From NCBI GenBank assembly GCA_958295675.1, contig OY282360.1:466026-530025 (forward strand): 64,000 nt of DNA, written 5' to 3'. Each line of letters begins with the position of its first letter. Positions within the stretch are counted from its first letter, which is position 1. Below the pieces are notes generated by a model, which saw only the letters and a list, made by a program, of their open reading frames with translations, made no database searches and was not told the DNA's origin. A program made the translations under genes and the position numbers. This document shows, in pieces, positions 20,002-30,036 of the stretch. The DNA is from Minisyncoccota bacterium (GTDB lineage: Bacteria; Patescibacteriota; Minisyncoccia; Phycocordibacterales; JABAAK01).

Positions 20002-20547
20002 CTAGTCACCTTCGTTCCTGATCAGCCATTCCAAAGCCCGCACTTTCTTATCATTCGCAACATCGCTTACTCTCCGAACAGCGCGGGTTGGCTTACCGGC
20101 TTTCGGATGCTCGGATGCTAACCTACGAACATATCTGCTCGGATCCGCGGCGAGTATGGCAACTATATGACCGGGAATATTCGGATTCCGGGCAAGTGCC
20201 GCCCGAACTCTTTTCTCCTCATCCGGCGACACAAGAATGCCGTAGAGATGCGGACTGAGATCCGAACGCTTGGCAAGTTCTTCGCGCACCCAACCACTCC
20301 GGTCCTCAACCAAAATGGATGACACCCGAAGAGGTAGGTTACACGGATACCGTGCGACCATAAGACGAACATCTTTATGCCTACTGGTCGCCAATCTTCC
20401 GAGTGTCCGGACGGAGGCGTTACATCCCGATTCTGCAAGAATCCTCTCCGCATCCACGGGCGATGTGTTCCTGGAAACTGTAGCCGCGGAAACAGGCGAC
20501 GCGGAAGTCAGTGCTGCCAAGAATACTGCAATCAAAAGATGCTTCAT
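20002..20547 (-). CDS. Secreted HEAT/LRV-repeat protein (stand-alone)
   Basis: Signal MKHLLIAVFLAALTSASPVSA; repeats such as EDRSGWVREELAKR and RVRAALARNPNIP; GGAGGAG SD upstream. Confidence 0.8.
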   Translation of the reverse strand: MKHLLIAVFLAALTSASPVSAATVSRNTSPVDAERILAESGCNASVRTLGRLATSRHKDVRLMVARYPCNLPLRVSSILVEDRSGWVREELAKRSDLSPHLYGILVSPDEEKRVRAALARNPNIPGHIVAILAADPSRYVRRLASEHPKAGKPTRAVRRVSDVANDKKVRALEWLIRNEGD

Positions 20548-20610
20548 GTGCTCCTCCTGTATGAATGAGCGGTGATAGCTCGGTATGGGCTATCCAGTAG
20601 TATGTATATA

Positions 20611-21243
20611 TCATATAATATGTTTTGTCAATGAAAGCAAGGTTTCTTTATCGCCGTCTACATACAGACCTTCTCCGTTCCGCAACAGAACAATCTGATC
20701 AGCGGTCAGATGATATTTTTCACAAAAATCCCGTATAGCCGAGTCCATGGAGGAATCATAGTGAGGAATAATATGCCGAGAAACAAAATTAAAACCGCTG
20801 TAATCAGTCACCCCGTCAATATTTCTATCAGGATGCACCTCATCCGCTGAGGATATATCCGGCGATGCGATCACTGCTCCGGCACTGGAGCCGATATACA
20901 AGCCGCCGCGAGCACATAAAGCAAGTATCTGTTCACGAATAGACACAGATGAAACTTGTATGCTGCGCAAAAGGTGAAATGTATTGCCGCCGCAGACATA
21001 AATGAGATCAGTATCCGCATCAATTGATTCTCCTGCATCAAAATCAACAAAAGAAACTGTAAGACCCATATCCTCCAGTTGTTCCTTGGTTACCGCATTC
21101 CATGGCGCATGTTCTTTTTCCGGTCGAGCGGTAGTCACAATGTGCGCTTTGGTATACATCCGATCACGGACTATATTCCGAACTTTTTCCAGTATTGCCG
21201 GCGAACTAAAACCGCTTGACACCAACAATCCGTGAAACGCCAT
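20611..21243 (-). CDS. Peptidase E (S51) / type 1 glutamine amidotransferase-like protein
   Basis: IYVCGGNTFHL, YIGSSAGA nucleophile elbow, IIPHY. Confidence 0.88.
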   Translation of the reverse strand: MAFHGLLVSSGFSSPAILEKVRNIVRDRMYTKAHIVTTARPEKEHAPWNAVTKEQLEDMGLTVSFVDFDAGESIDADTDLIYVCGGNTFHLLRSIQVSSVSIREQILALCARGGLYIGSSAGAVIASPDISSADEVHPDRNIDGVTDYSGFNFVSRHIIPHYDSSMDSAIRDFCEKYHLTADQIVLLRNGEGLYVDGDKETLLSLTKHII

Positions 21244-21244
21244 G

Positions 21245-21844
21245 CTATATCTTCCCTACTAAATCAGTACCCGGTGTCAGCGTTCTGTCGCCATCCGTCC
21301 AACTCGCCGGACACACCTGTCCGGGATGCTCACGCACATACTTCGCCGCTTTCACCTTCCGCAGCAATTCACGAGCCGATCTGCCGATGGAGTTATCATT
21401 CACCTCAACACCGCGAACAACTCCGTCAGGATCAATGATAACTGTCGCGCGATACGCAAGACCGTCTTCCTCGCAATAGACATTAAACGCATCAACAAAC
21501 TCATGCCGATGATCAGAACCCATAGCAAACTGCACCTTTCCGATTGTGTCGGATGTCTCATGCCACATCTTATGGGAAAACACGGTATCAGTGCTCATTG
21601 ACACAACTTCAACCTCTTCCTCACGAAACTCATCGTACAACGACGCAAGTTCACCGAGTTCAGTCGGACAAACAAAGGTAAAGTCACCGGGATAGAAAAA
21701 AAGAACCAACCACTTTCCGCGATACGCACGAACCGTGGTGTCCTGTATGTCACCGCCGACAAAGATCTTAAACGCCATATCTTCCGGCACAGTATCGCCG
21801 ACTGATATTGGTGTGATATATTCAAATGTATCCATAGTATCCAT
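21245..21844 (-). CDS. ahpC: 2-Cys peroxiredoxin (AhpC)
   Basis: FFYPGDFTFVCPTE and resolving GQVCPASW; start moved to MDTMDTFEY. Confidence 0.95.
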   Translation of the reverse strand: MDTMDTFEYITPISVGDTVPEDMAFKIFVGGDIQDTTVRAYRGKWLVLFFYPGDFTFVCPTELGELASLYDEFREEEVEVVSMSTDTVFSHKMWHETSDTIGKVQFAMGSDHRHEFVDAFNVYCEEDGLAYRATVIIDPDGVVRGVEVNDNSIGRSARELLRKVKAAKYVREHPGQVCPASWTDGDRTLTPGTDLVGKI

Positions 21845-21995
21845 AATGATATTTTCTATATAATGCTGCAACTTGATAATATACATACAATATACCGCAC
21901 ATACGGACGATAATGCAACATACACAAAAGAAAATGAACATCCACTGTACAATCGGAGGGAGGAGAATGAATAAATATAGTATACTGCTTTCGGT

Positions 21996-22877
21996 ATGGC
22001 AGATATATGCAAAGAACTACGGAAACAACTGCATGAGTTAGATGTTCTGCGAGAATCGTGTGTATCTTTACTTGTCAGAAAAGGAATGGAATCTGCTGCG
22101 ACGAAGGAAACGATTGGAGAGTTTGATACACTTACGGAAGAATTGCATGATGCGGTGGTACTGTACAGACAGCCGTTTAATGAGCGTCTGGACGATATAG
22201 AGCGGAAGATGAAGAAGAAAGAAAACCTGACAAAATGGGAATACTGGGTGTTGTATGGTATAGATCTGCACCTGAAGGGTGGGAATCATGAGGAAAGAGA
22301 AAGACGAAAAGATATGGTGAAAAGATGGAGAAGTGATGAAGAAAAGAAACAAGATCTCGCACTTGCGCTTGACATCATTCCCGATCGTATTTCCGTGACT
22401 GAAAAAGAAGCACTTTCCGGTAACATACAGTACCATTATGGTGGTTTATGTCCGCCGGGTCATTTACATCCACCCCGTGGCATCGCCTCCACTTCTGGTG
22501 ATGAACTTATACTGCCTGAGGAGATTAGTGGTGGTCTTACTCTTAGTGCTCTCATCTCCGTACATAAACTTACCTTACCAAAAGAAATTGGTGGTTTTCT
22601 GATGCTTGACAATCTTACTTCTGCCGGCGCCGGACTGACTATGCCGGAGAAAGTTGGTGGTAGTCTGCACCTTGACAATCTCAAATCCATAAAGATTAAG
22701 CTCACTATGCCGAAGAAGGTTGGTGATAATCTGAATATTAGCGGACTCAGATCCATAAATACTAAGATCACCTTTCCGGAGGAGGTTGAAGGTATTATAT
22801 ATGTAAACAAAGCACTACCAGAAAACGAGAAAGAAGAACTGGAGAGACGATATCCGGGTAAGATTCGTGAGGTATAA
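21996..22877 (+). CDS. LRR-like repeat protein, paralogue 1
   Basis: Conserved N-terminus MADICKELRKQLHELD; 22-aa repeats LTMPxxVGGxLxLxxLxSI; C-terminal cap ALPENEKEELERRYPGK. Confidence 0.9.
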   Translation: MADICKELRKQLHELDVLRESCVSLLVRKGMESAATKETIGEFDTLTEELHDAVVLYRQPFNERLDDIERKMKKKENLTKWEYWVLYGIDLHLKGGNHEERERRKDMVKRWRSDEEKKQDLALALDIIPDRISVTEKEALSGNIQYHYGGLCPPGHLHPPRGIASTSGDELILPEEISGGLTLSALISVHKLTLPKEIGGFLMLDNLTSAGAGLTMPEKVGGSLHLDNLKSIKIKLTMPKKVGDNLNISGLRSINTKITFPEEVEGIIYVNKALPENEKEELERRYPGKIREV

Positions 22878-22909
22878 ATTTTAGTGAACCATGCTATCTT
22901 ACTCTTGGT

Positions 22910-24103
22910 ATGGCAGATATATGCAAAGAACTGCGGAAACAGTTACATGAGTTAGATGTTCTACGGAAAACTTGCGGCTCTTTGCTTCTCAGAGAAGGAA
23001 TAGAATCTGATACGGCGAAGAAAGCGGTTAGGGAGTTTGATACGCTGGCGGAAGAATTGCGTAGTGAAGTTGCGTTCTACAAACAACCATATAGCAAGCG
23101 TTTAGACGGCATAGAACGGAAGATAAATAATGATGAGAACCTGACAAAATGGGAATGCCGGGTGCTGTACAATGTAGACTGGTACCCGGGAATTATAAAT
23201 TTTGAAAATGAAGGAGAGAATAGACAAGAAGACATGGAAAAAAAGAGAAGCGATGAAGAGAAGAAACAGGATCTCGCGCTCGTGTTTGACACTACTCCCA
23301 ATCATATTTCTCTGACTGAAGAAGAAGCACTTTCCGGTAATATACGATATCATTATGGTGTTCTGACTTTTCGCTGGGAATCCATAGATACTGAGCTCAC
23401 TATGCCGGAGGAGGTTGGTCGTGGTCTGGATCTCAGGAGCATCACATCCATAAAGACTAATCTCACTATGCCGAAGAAGGTTGGTGGTGATCTGGATCTT
23501 TGCAATCTCAAATCCATAGATGCTGATCTCACTATGCCGGAGGAGGTTGGTGGTAATCTGGACTTCCTTTATCTCACATCCATAGATACTGATCTCACTA
23601 TGCCGAGAAAGATTGGTGGCTATCTGAATCTTGGCAATCTCAAATCCATAAATACTAAACTCACCATGCCGAAGAAGGTTGGTGGTGATCTGTATCTTAA
23701 CGGTCTCACATCCATAAAGACTAATCTCACTATGCCGGAGGAGGTTGGTGGTAATCTGCATCTTGGCGCTCTCACATCAATAAATACTAAACTCACCATG
23801 CCGAAAAAGGTTCGTGCCAATTTGGATCTTGGCGGACTCATATCCATAGATACTGATCTCACTATGCCGGAGGTGGTTACTGGCGATTTGTCTCTCAAAA
23901 AGCTCGCCTCCGCAAAGGAACTCATCCTCCCAGAAGAAATCAGGAGAAGCTTGTACCTCAACGGTCTCACCACTACCCAAGGTGTCGTCAAATGGCCATC
24001 AAAGGTTGGGCTTGTTGTGTATATAAACGAAGCACTGCCGCAGGAAGAGAGAGAAGAATTGGAGAAACGATATCCGGGTAAGATTCGTCGTGTAACAATT
24101 TAG
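22910..24103 (+). CDS. LRR-like repeat protein, paralogue 2
   Basis: 397 aa; same architecture as paralogue 1, about 10 repeats. Confidence 0.9.
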   Translation: MADICKELRKQLHELDVLRKTCGSLLLREGIESDTAKKAVREFDTLAEELRSEVAFYKQPYSKRLDGIERKINNDENLTKWECRVLYNVDWYPGIINFENEGENRQEDMEKKRSDEEKKQDLALVFDTTPNHISLTEEEALSGNIRYHYGVLTFRWESIDTELTMPEEVGRGLDLRSITSIKTNLTMPKKVGGDLDLCNLKSIDADLTMPEEVGGNLDFLYLTSIDTDLTMPRKIGGYLNLGNLKSINTKLTMPKKVGGDLYLNGLTSIKTNLTMPEEVGGNLHLGALTSINTKLTMPKKVRANLDLGGLISIDTDLTMPEVVTGDLSLKKLASAKELILPEEIRRSLYLNGLTTTQGVVKWPSKVGLVVYINEALPQEEREELEKRYPGKIRRVTI

Positions 24104-24128
24104 TGAACCATGCTATCTTACTCTTGGT

Positions 24129-25649
24129 ATGGCGGATATATGCAAAGAACTGCGGAAACAGTTACATGAGCTGGATACACTGCGGAAATCGTGTGGCTCT
24201 TTGCTTCTCAGAGAAGGAATGGAATCTGATGCGGCAAAGGAAACAGTTAGAAAGTTTGATACACTTGCGGAAGAATTGCGTGATGATGTTGCATTTTATA
24301 GACAACCGTTTGATGAGCGTTTGGACGATATAGAGCGGAAGATGAAGAAGAAAGAGAATCTGACAAAATGGGAATGTCGGGTGCTGTATGGTATAGATTG
24401 GTATCCGGGAGGTGCTGAGTATGAGGACGATAAAAGACGAAAAGAAATTGTAGAAAAATGGAGAAATGACGAAGAAAAGAAACAGGATCTCGCATGTGCG
24501 CTTGACATTACACCTGATCGTATTTCCGTGACTAAAGAAGAAGCACTTTCCGGTACCATACGATACCATTACGGTGCTCTGAATCTTGGCGGACTCATAT
24601 CCATAGATACTGATCTCACTATGCCGGAGGAGGTTGGTGGTGGTCTGTGGCTCAACGGTCTCACATCCATAAAGACTGATCTCACTATGCCGAAGGAGGT
24701 TGGTGGTCATCTGGATCTCCGCACTCTCACATCCATAAAGACTAAGCTCACTATGCCGAAGAAGATTGGTCGTTATCTGGATCTCCGCAGTCTCACATCC
24801 ATAGATACTGATCTCACTATGCCGGAGGAGGTTGGTGGTGATCTGTATCTCCACAAACTCACATCCATAAATACTGAGATCACCATGCCGGAGGAGGTTG
24901 GTCGTGATCTGTATCTTGGTGGACTCACATCCATAGATACTAAATACACTATGCCGAAGAAGATTGGTGGTGAACTGGATCTTTGCGGACTCACATCCAT
25001 AAATAATGAGCTCACTATGCCGGAGGAGGTTGGTAGTGATCTGTATCTTAACAATCTCAAATCCATAGATACTGATCTCACTATGCCGAAGAAGATTGGT
25101 CGTTATCTGGATCTCCGCAGTCTCAAATCCATAAAGACTGATCTTACTATGCCGGAGAAAGTTGGCACTAATCTGCAACTCAGCAGTCTCAAATCCATAG
25201 ATACTGATCTCACTATGCCGAAGGAGGTTGGTGGTGAACTGAATCTTAGCGGACTCACATCCATAAATACTAAGATCACTATGCCGAAGGAGGTTGGTGG
25301 TGATCTGTACCTCCACAAACTCACATCCATAGATACTGAGATCACTATGCCGGAGGAGGTTGGTGGTGATCTGTATCTTGACAATCTCAGATCTATAGAT
25401 ACTAAATTCACTATGCCGGAGGAGGTTGGTGGTGATCTGCAACTTGGCAATCTCAAATCCATAGATGCTGAGCTCACTATGCCGGAGGAGGTTGGTGATA
25501 ATCTGTATCTTGGTGGACTCACATCCACTCAAGGTATCACTGATTGGTCATCAAAGATTGGAGGTGTTATATATGTAAACGAAGCACTGCCAGGCAATGA
25601 GAAAGCAGCACTGGAGAAACGGTATCCGGGTAAGGTAGAATACAGGTGA
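24129..25649 (+). CDS. LRR-like repeat protein, paralogue 3
   Basis: 506 aa; about 15 repeats of 66 nt. Confidence 0.9.
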   Translation: MADICKELRKQLHELDTLRKSCGSLLLREGMESDAAKETVRKFDTLAEELRDDVAFYRQPFDERLDDIERKMKKKENLTKWECRVLYGIDWYPGGAEYEDDKRRKEIVEKWRNDEEKKQDLACALDITPDRISVTKEEALSGTIRYHYGALNLGGLISIDTDLTMPEEVGGGLWLNGLTSIKTDLTMPKEVGGHLDLRTLTSIKTKLTMPKKIGRYLDLRSLTSIDTDLTMPEEVGGDLYLHKLTSINTEITMPEEVGRDLYLGGLTSIDTKYTMPKKIGGELDLCGLTSINNELTMPEEVGSDLYLNNLKSIDTDLTMPKKIGRYLDLRSLKSIKTDLTMPEKVGTNLQLSSLKSIDTDLTMPKEVGGELNLSGLTSINTKITMPKEVGGDLYLHKLTSIDTEITMPEEVGGDLYLDNLRSIDTKFTMPEEVGGDLQLGNLKSIDAELTMPEEVGDNLYLGGLTSTQGITDWSSKIGGVIYVNEALPGNEKAALEKRYPGKVEYR

Positions 25650-25671
25650 ACCATGCTACCTTACTCTTGGT

Positions 25672-26532
25672 ATGGCGGATATATGCAAAGAACTGCGAAA
25701 ACAGTTACATGAGTTGGATGTCCTGCGTGAATCCTGTGTCTCAGTGCTTGTCAGAGAAGGAATAGAATCCGATACAGCAAAGGAAACGATTAAGAAATTT
25801 GATGCACTGGCAGAAGAATTGCGTGACAATGCTGTATTTTACAAACAACCGTTCAGTACACATTTGGATCGTATAGAGTGGAAGATAAATAATGATGAGA
25901 ACCTGACGAAATGGGAATACTGGGTGTTGTATGGTATAGATCAGCACCTGAAAGCTAACAATTATAAAGAAAAACGAAGACGAAGAGATATGGTGACAAA
26001 ATGGAGAAGCGACGAAGAAAAGAAACGGGATCTCGCATTTCTATTTGACACTACTCCTGACCGTATTTCTTTGACCGCAAAAGAAGCATGTTCCGGTACT
26101 ATACGATATCATTACGATGATCTGAATCTTGGTATTGTCACAGCCATATATTATGAATCCACTATGCCGGAGGAGGTTGGTGGTGATCTGTATTTTGGCA
26201 ATCTCAGACTCATACGGTATAAGACCACTATGCCGAAGAAGATTGGTGGTGAACTGGATCTTTGCGGACTCACATCCATAAATAATGAGCTCACTATGCC
26301 GGAGGAGGTTGGTGGTGGTCTGTGGCTCAACGGTCTCACATCCATAAAGACTGATCTCACTATGCCGAAGGAGGTTGGTGGTGATCTGCATCTCAATAAT
26401 CTAACTAGCACGCAAGGTATCACTAACTGGCCTGTCAAAATTATAGGAACTGTGAAAATAAACACAGCACTACCGAAAAATGAGAAAGTGGAAATGGAGA
26501 AACGGTATCCGGGTAAGGTAGAATACAGGTGA
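25672..26532 (+). CDS. LRR-like repeat protein, paralogue 4
   Basis: 286 aa; about 5 repeats. Confidence 0.9.
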   Translation: MADICKELRKQLHELDVLRESCVSVLVREGIESDTAKETIKKFDALAEELRDNAVFYKQPFSTHLDRIEWKINNDENLTKWEYWVLYGIDQHLKANNYKEKRRRRDMVTKWRSDEEKKRDLAFLFDTTPDRISLTAKEACSGTIRYHYDDLNLGIVTAIYYESTMPEEVGGDLYFGNLRLIRYKTTMPKKIGGELDLCGLTSINNELTMPEEVGGGLWLNGLTSIKTDLTMPKEVGGDLHLNNLTSTQGITNWPVKIIGTVKINTALPKNEKVEMEKRYPGKVEYR

Positions 26533-26554
26533 ACCATGCTACCTTACTTTTGGT

Positions 26555-27496
26555 ATGGCAGACACAACCAGAAAGAGAAACATATGCGAAGAACTGCGGG
26601 AACAATTGAATAAATTGGACATTCTGCGGAAATCGTGTGGCTCTTTGCTTCTCAGAGAAGGAATAGAATCTGATGCGGCAAAGAAAACGATTGGAAAGTT
26701 TGATACGCTGGCGGAAGAATTACATGATGCGGTGGTACTGTACAGACAGCCGTTTAATGAGCGTTTAAACGGTATAGAGTGGAAGATAAAGAACAAAAAG
26801 GACCTGACAAAATGGGAATGTCGGGTGTTGTATGAGATTGATTGGTATTCGGAATTTTATGAGCATGAGGAGGATTTAAGACGGGAAGATATAGAAGTAA
26901 GGAGGAGTGACAAAGAAAAGAAACAGGATCTTGCGCTTGCGTTTGATACCACTCCTAACCGTATTTCCGTGACCGAAGAAGAAGCGATATCAGGCGATAT
27001 ACGGTACCATTACGGTCTTCTGGATCTTAGCAAACTCACATCCATAGATACTGAACTTACCATGCCGAAGGAGGTTGGTGGTGATCTGTTTCTTGGCGAT
27101 CTCAAATCCATAGATACTAAATGCATTATGCCGGAGAAGGTTGGTGGTGGTCTGTATCTTGACAATCTCAGATCTATAGATACTAAATGCACTATGCCGA
27201 AGGAGGTTGGTGGTATTCTGAGTCTTCGCGGACTCACATCCATAAAGACTAAATTCACTCTGCCGGAGGTGGTTGGTGGTCCTCTGAACTTCCTTAATCT
27301 CGAATCCATAGACACTGATCTCACTATGCCGGAGGTAGTTGGTGGTGACCTGTATCTCAATAATCTAACTAGCACGCAAGGTATCACTAACTGGCCTGTC
27401 AAAATTATAGGAACTGTACATGTGAATCAAGCACTGCCAGACAACGAGAAAGCAGCACTGGAGAAACGGTATCCGGGTAAGATTCGTCAGGTATAA
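26555..27496 (+). CDS. LRR-like repeat protein, paralogue 5
   Basis: 313 aa; N-terminus MADTTRKRNICEELREQL. Confidence 0.9.
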   Translation: MADTTRKRNICEELREQLNKLDILRKSCGSLLLREGIESDAAKKTIGKFDTLAEELHDAVVLYRQPFNERLNGIEWKIKNKKDLTKWECRVLYEIDWYSEFYEHEEDLRREDIEVRRSDKEKKQDLALAFDTTPNRISVTEEEAISGDIRYHYGLLDLSKLTSIDTELTMPKEVGGDLFLGDLKSIDTKCIMPEKVGGGLYLDNLRSIDTKCTMPKEVGGILSLRGLTSIKTKFTLPEVVGGPLNFLNLESIDTDLTMPEVVGGDLYLNNLTSTQGITNWPVKIIGTVHVNQALPDNEKAALEKRYPGKIRQV

Positions 27497-28571
27497 ATTT
27501 TAGTGAACCATGCTACCTTACTCTTGGTATGGCGGATATATGCACAGAACTGCGAAAACAACTGCATGAGTTAGATGTTCTGCGGGAATCGTGTGGCTCT
27601 TTGCTTCTCAGAGAAGGAATAGAATCCGATACAGCAAAGGAAACGGTTAGGAAATTTGATGCACTGGCGGAAGAATTGCATGATGCGGTTGCATTGTACA
27701 AACAGCCGTTCAGTGAGCGTTTGGACAACATAGAACGGAAGATGGAGGACAAGAAGAACCTGACAAAATGGGAATGTCGGGTGCTGTATGGTATAAATCT
27801 GCACTTGAATGGTATAGATCTGCACTTGAAAGGTAGCAGTTATGAGGAAAAAAAAAGACGACAAGATATGGTAGAAAAATGGAGAAGTGACGAAGAAAAG
27901 AAACGGGATCTCGCACTCGCGCTTGACATCATTCCCGATCGTATTTCCGTGACTGAAGAAGAAGCACTTTCCGGTAACATACGATATCATTACGATGATC
28001 TGAATCTTGGTGGACTCACATCCATAAACATAAAGACTGAGATCACTATGCCAGAGGAAGTTAGTGGTAATCTGAATCTCTTTTTTCTCAAATCCATAGA
28101 TACTAATTTCACCTTTCCGGAGAATATTGATGGTTATCTGAGCCTACACAAACTCACATCCATAGATACTGAGATCACTATGCCAGAGGAGGTTGGTGGT
28201 GAGCTGGATCTTGAAAGTCTCACATCCATAAAAACTAAGCTCACTATGCCGAAGAAGATTGGTGATTATCTGAGCCTACACAGTCTCACATCCATAGACA
28301 CTGATCTCACTATGCCGGAGGTAGTTGGTGGTGACCTGTATCTCAATAATCTAACTAGCACGCAAGGTATCACTAACTGGCCTGTCAAAATTATAGGAAC
28401 TGTACATGTGAATCAAGCACTGCCAGACAACGAGAAAGCAGCACTGGAGAAACGGTATCCGGGTAAGATTCGTCAGGTATAAATTTTAGTGAACCATGCT
28501 ACCTTACTCTTGGTATGGCGGATATATGCACAGAACTGCGAAAACAACTGCATGAGTTAGATGTTCTGCGG
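27305..28571 (+). repeat. Identical ~281-bp direct repeat (27305-27585 and 28291-28571)
   Basis: Each copy covers the 3' end of one LRR gene, the spacer and the 5' start of the next gene. Confidence 0.85.
27529..28482 (+). CDS. LRR-like repeat protein, paralogue 6
   Basis: 317 aa; local GINLHLN/GIDLHLK duplication; C-terminus identical to paralogue 5. Confidence 0.9.
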   Translation: MADICTELRKQLHELDVLRESCGSLLLREGIESDTAKETVRKFDALAEELHDAVALYKQPFSERLDNIERKMEDKKNLTKWECRVLYGINLHLNGIDLHLKGSSYEEKKRRQDMVEKWRSDEEKKRDLALALDIIPDRISVTEEEALSGNIRYHYDDLNLGGLTSINIKTEITMPEEVSGNLNLFFLKSIDTNFTFPENIDGYLSLHKLTSIDTEITMPEEVGGELDLESLTSIKTKLTMPKKIGDYLSLHSLTSIDTDLTMPEVVGGDLYLNNLTSTQGITNWPVKIIGTVHVNQALPDNEKAALEKRYPGKIRQV

Positions 28572-29327
28572 AAATCGTGTGGCTCTTTGCATCTCAAAGA
28601 AGGAATGGAATCTGATGCGGCAAAGGAAACGATTGGAAAGTTTGATACGCTGGCGGAAGAATTGCGTGATGCTGCGGTATTCTACAAACAGCCGTATAAC
28701 GAGTGCCTGAAGGGTATAGAGTGGAAGATAAAGAACAAAAAGAACCTGACAAAGTGGGAATGTCGGGTGCTATACCGTGTGGACAGTAAGCATCCGGGAG
28801 GTATCAATGCTATTGATATGGAAAGGCAACTTTTTCTAGAGAAAAGGAGAAGTGACAAAGAGAAGAAACAGGATCTCGCGCTCGTGTTTGATACCACTTC
28901 CAATCGTATTTCTTTGACTGAAGAAGAAGCACTTTCCGGTAACATACGGTACCATTACGGTGATTTAGATCTTGAAGGCATTACTGACGCTCAAGAACTT
29001 AAGGATCTCACACTACCGGAAGAAGTTAGTGGTAATATGGATCTCTATCATCTTATCTCTGCTGAAGGATTCACGCTGCCAAGAAAAATTGGTGGCACTC
29101 TAGATCTCAGCAATCTCACCTCTGCTGAGAAACTTACACTACCGGAGGAGATCAATTTATTTTTATATATCCAAAATCTCACCACTGTCCAAGGTATTAT
29201 CAAATGGCCATCAAATGTTGGGGGTGCAGTGTACACAAACATTGCATTACCCCCGAAAGAGGCGGAAAAACTAAGGAAACGATATCCGAATAAAGTTGTT
29301 TGTTTTGATTCGGATATAGGAAGCTAA
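28515..29327 (+). CDS. LRR-like repeat protein, paralogue 7
   Basis: 270 aa; SAEGFTLP/SAEKLTLP repeat subtype. Confidence 0.9.
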   Translation: MADICTELRKQLHELDVLRKSCGSLHLKEGMESDAAKETIGKFDTLAEELRDAAVFYKQPYNECLKGIEWKIKNKKNLTKWECRVLYRVDSKHPGGINAIDMERQLFLEKRRSDKEKKQDLALVFDTTSNRISLTEEEALSGNIRYHYGDLDLEGITDAQELKDLTLPEEVSGNMDLYHLISAEGFTLPRKIGGTLDLSNLTSAEKLTLPEEINLFLYIQNLTTVQGIIKWPSNVGGAVYTNIALPPKEAEKLRKRYPNKVVCFDSDIGS

Positions 29328-29390
29328 AGAAAGATATTGTATTAATCTTATTTCTACGAAAAGAGCCGGTACACAAAAAAATGCTCCGCG

Positions 29391-29972
29391 TCAACGGAGC
29401 ACTTGTGAATTACCGGCAATGTCCTGAATAACTCTGTACAACGCATTCCACGAGTCAACTCGTGTAACGGAAGAACTGACAGAATCATTGCGGTTGTTTG
29501 CCCACAAAAACATGCACAGATTCGGCACAATGCCGACGAGATGCTCAAGGACTTCAGCACTATCGTCAACAAAGAAATCAAGTCCGGTGGCAGCAGATGC
29601 CTTGCTTTCCTTCCAACCGACACCAGTAAACGGAAGATGCAGACCGTGTGTTTCTGACCACAAACGAGCGGTTTCAAGCGCAACATCTCTGCGCGCGGTA
29701 ATCACACGCACATCATGCCCTTCGGCAAGAAGTTGACCGATGCACTCAACGGCACCTTTGACTGGTTTGGTTCGAAAAAGAAAATCCGTATTGTAAATGA
29801 GCGGATGAAACTCATCGTAGTACTGCTCACGAGTGAGTATTCCCTTTTCCAACATCACTGAGGACCGCAAATCCGCCGGATCAACATCTATACCGCACAA
29901 CTCCCGTATGCCGAGCGTTTTCACCTCCTCATCGTTCGCGATGACACCGTCAAAATCAAGTCCGAGACGCAT
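29391..29972 (-). CDS. HAD-superfamily 5'(3')-deoxyribonucleotidase-like protein
   Basis: RLGLDFDGVIA, VITAR, FFVDDS. Confidence 0.85.
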   Translation of the reverse strand: MRLGLDFDGVIANDEEVKTLGIRELCGIDVDPADLRSSVMLEKGILTREQYYDEFHPLIYNTDFLFRTKPVKGAVECIGQLLAEGHDVRVITARRDVALETARLWSETHGLHLPFTGVGWKESKASAATGLDFFVDDSAEVLEHLVGIVPNLCMFLWANNRNDSVSSSVTRVDSWNALYRVIQDIAGNSQVLR

Positions 29973-30036
29973 GGTTTCCTCCTATTCAATGCCGTCTGGA
30001 TGCAGTATACCATAAAATGCTCCGCGAAATATGTGA

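Noticed and set aside
23102-25532. Long antisense ORFs (23102-23761, 24162-25532) over the LRR genes
   Set aside because: They are shadow frames produced by stop-free tandem repeats on the opposite strand.
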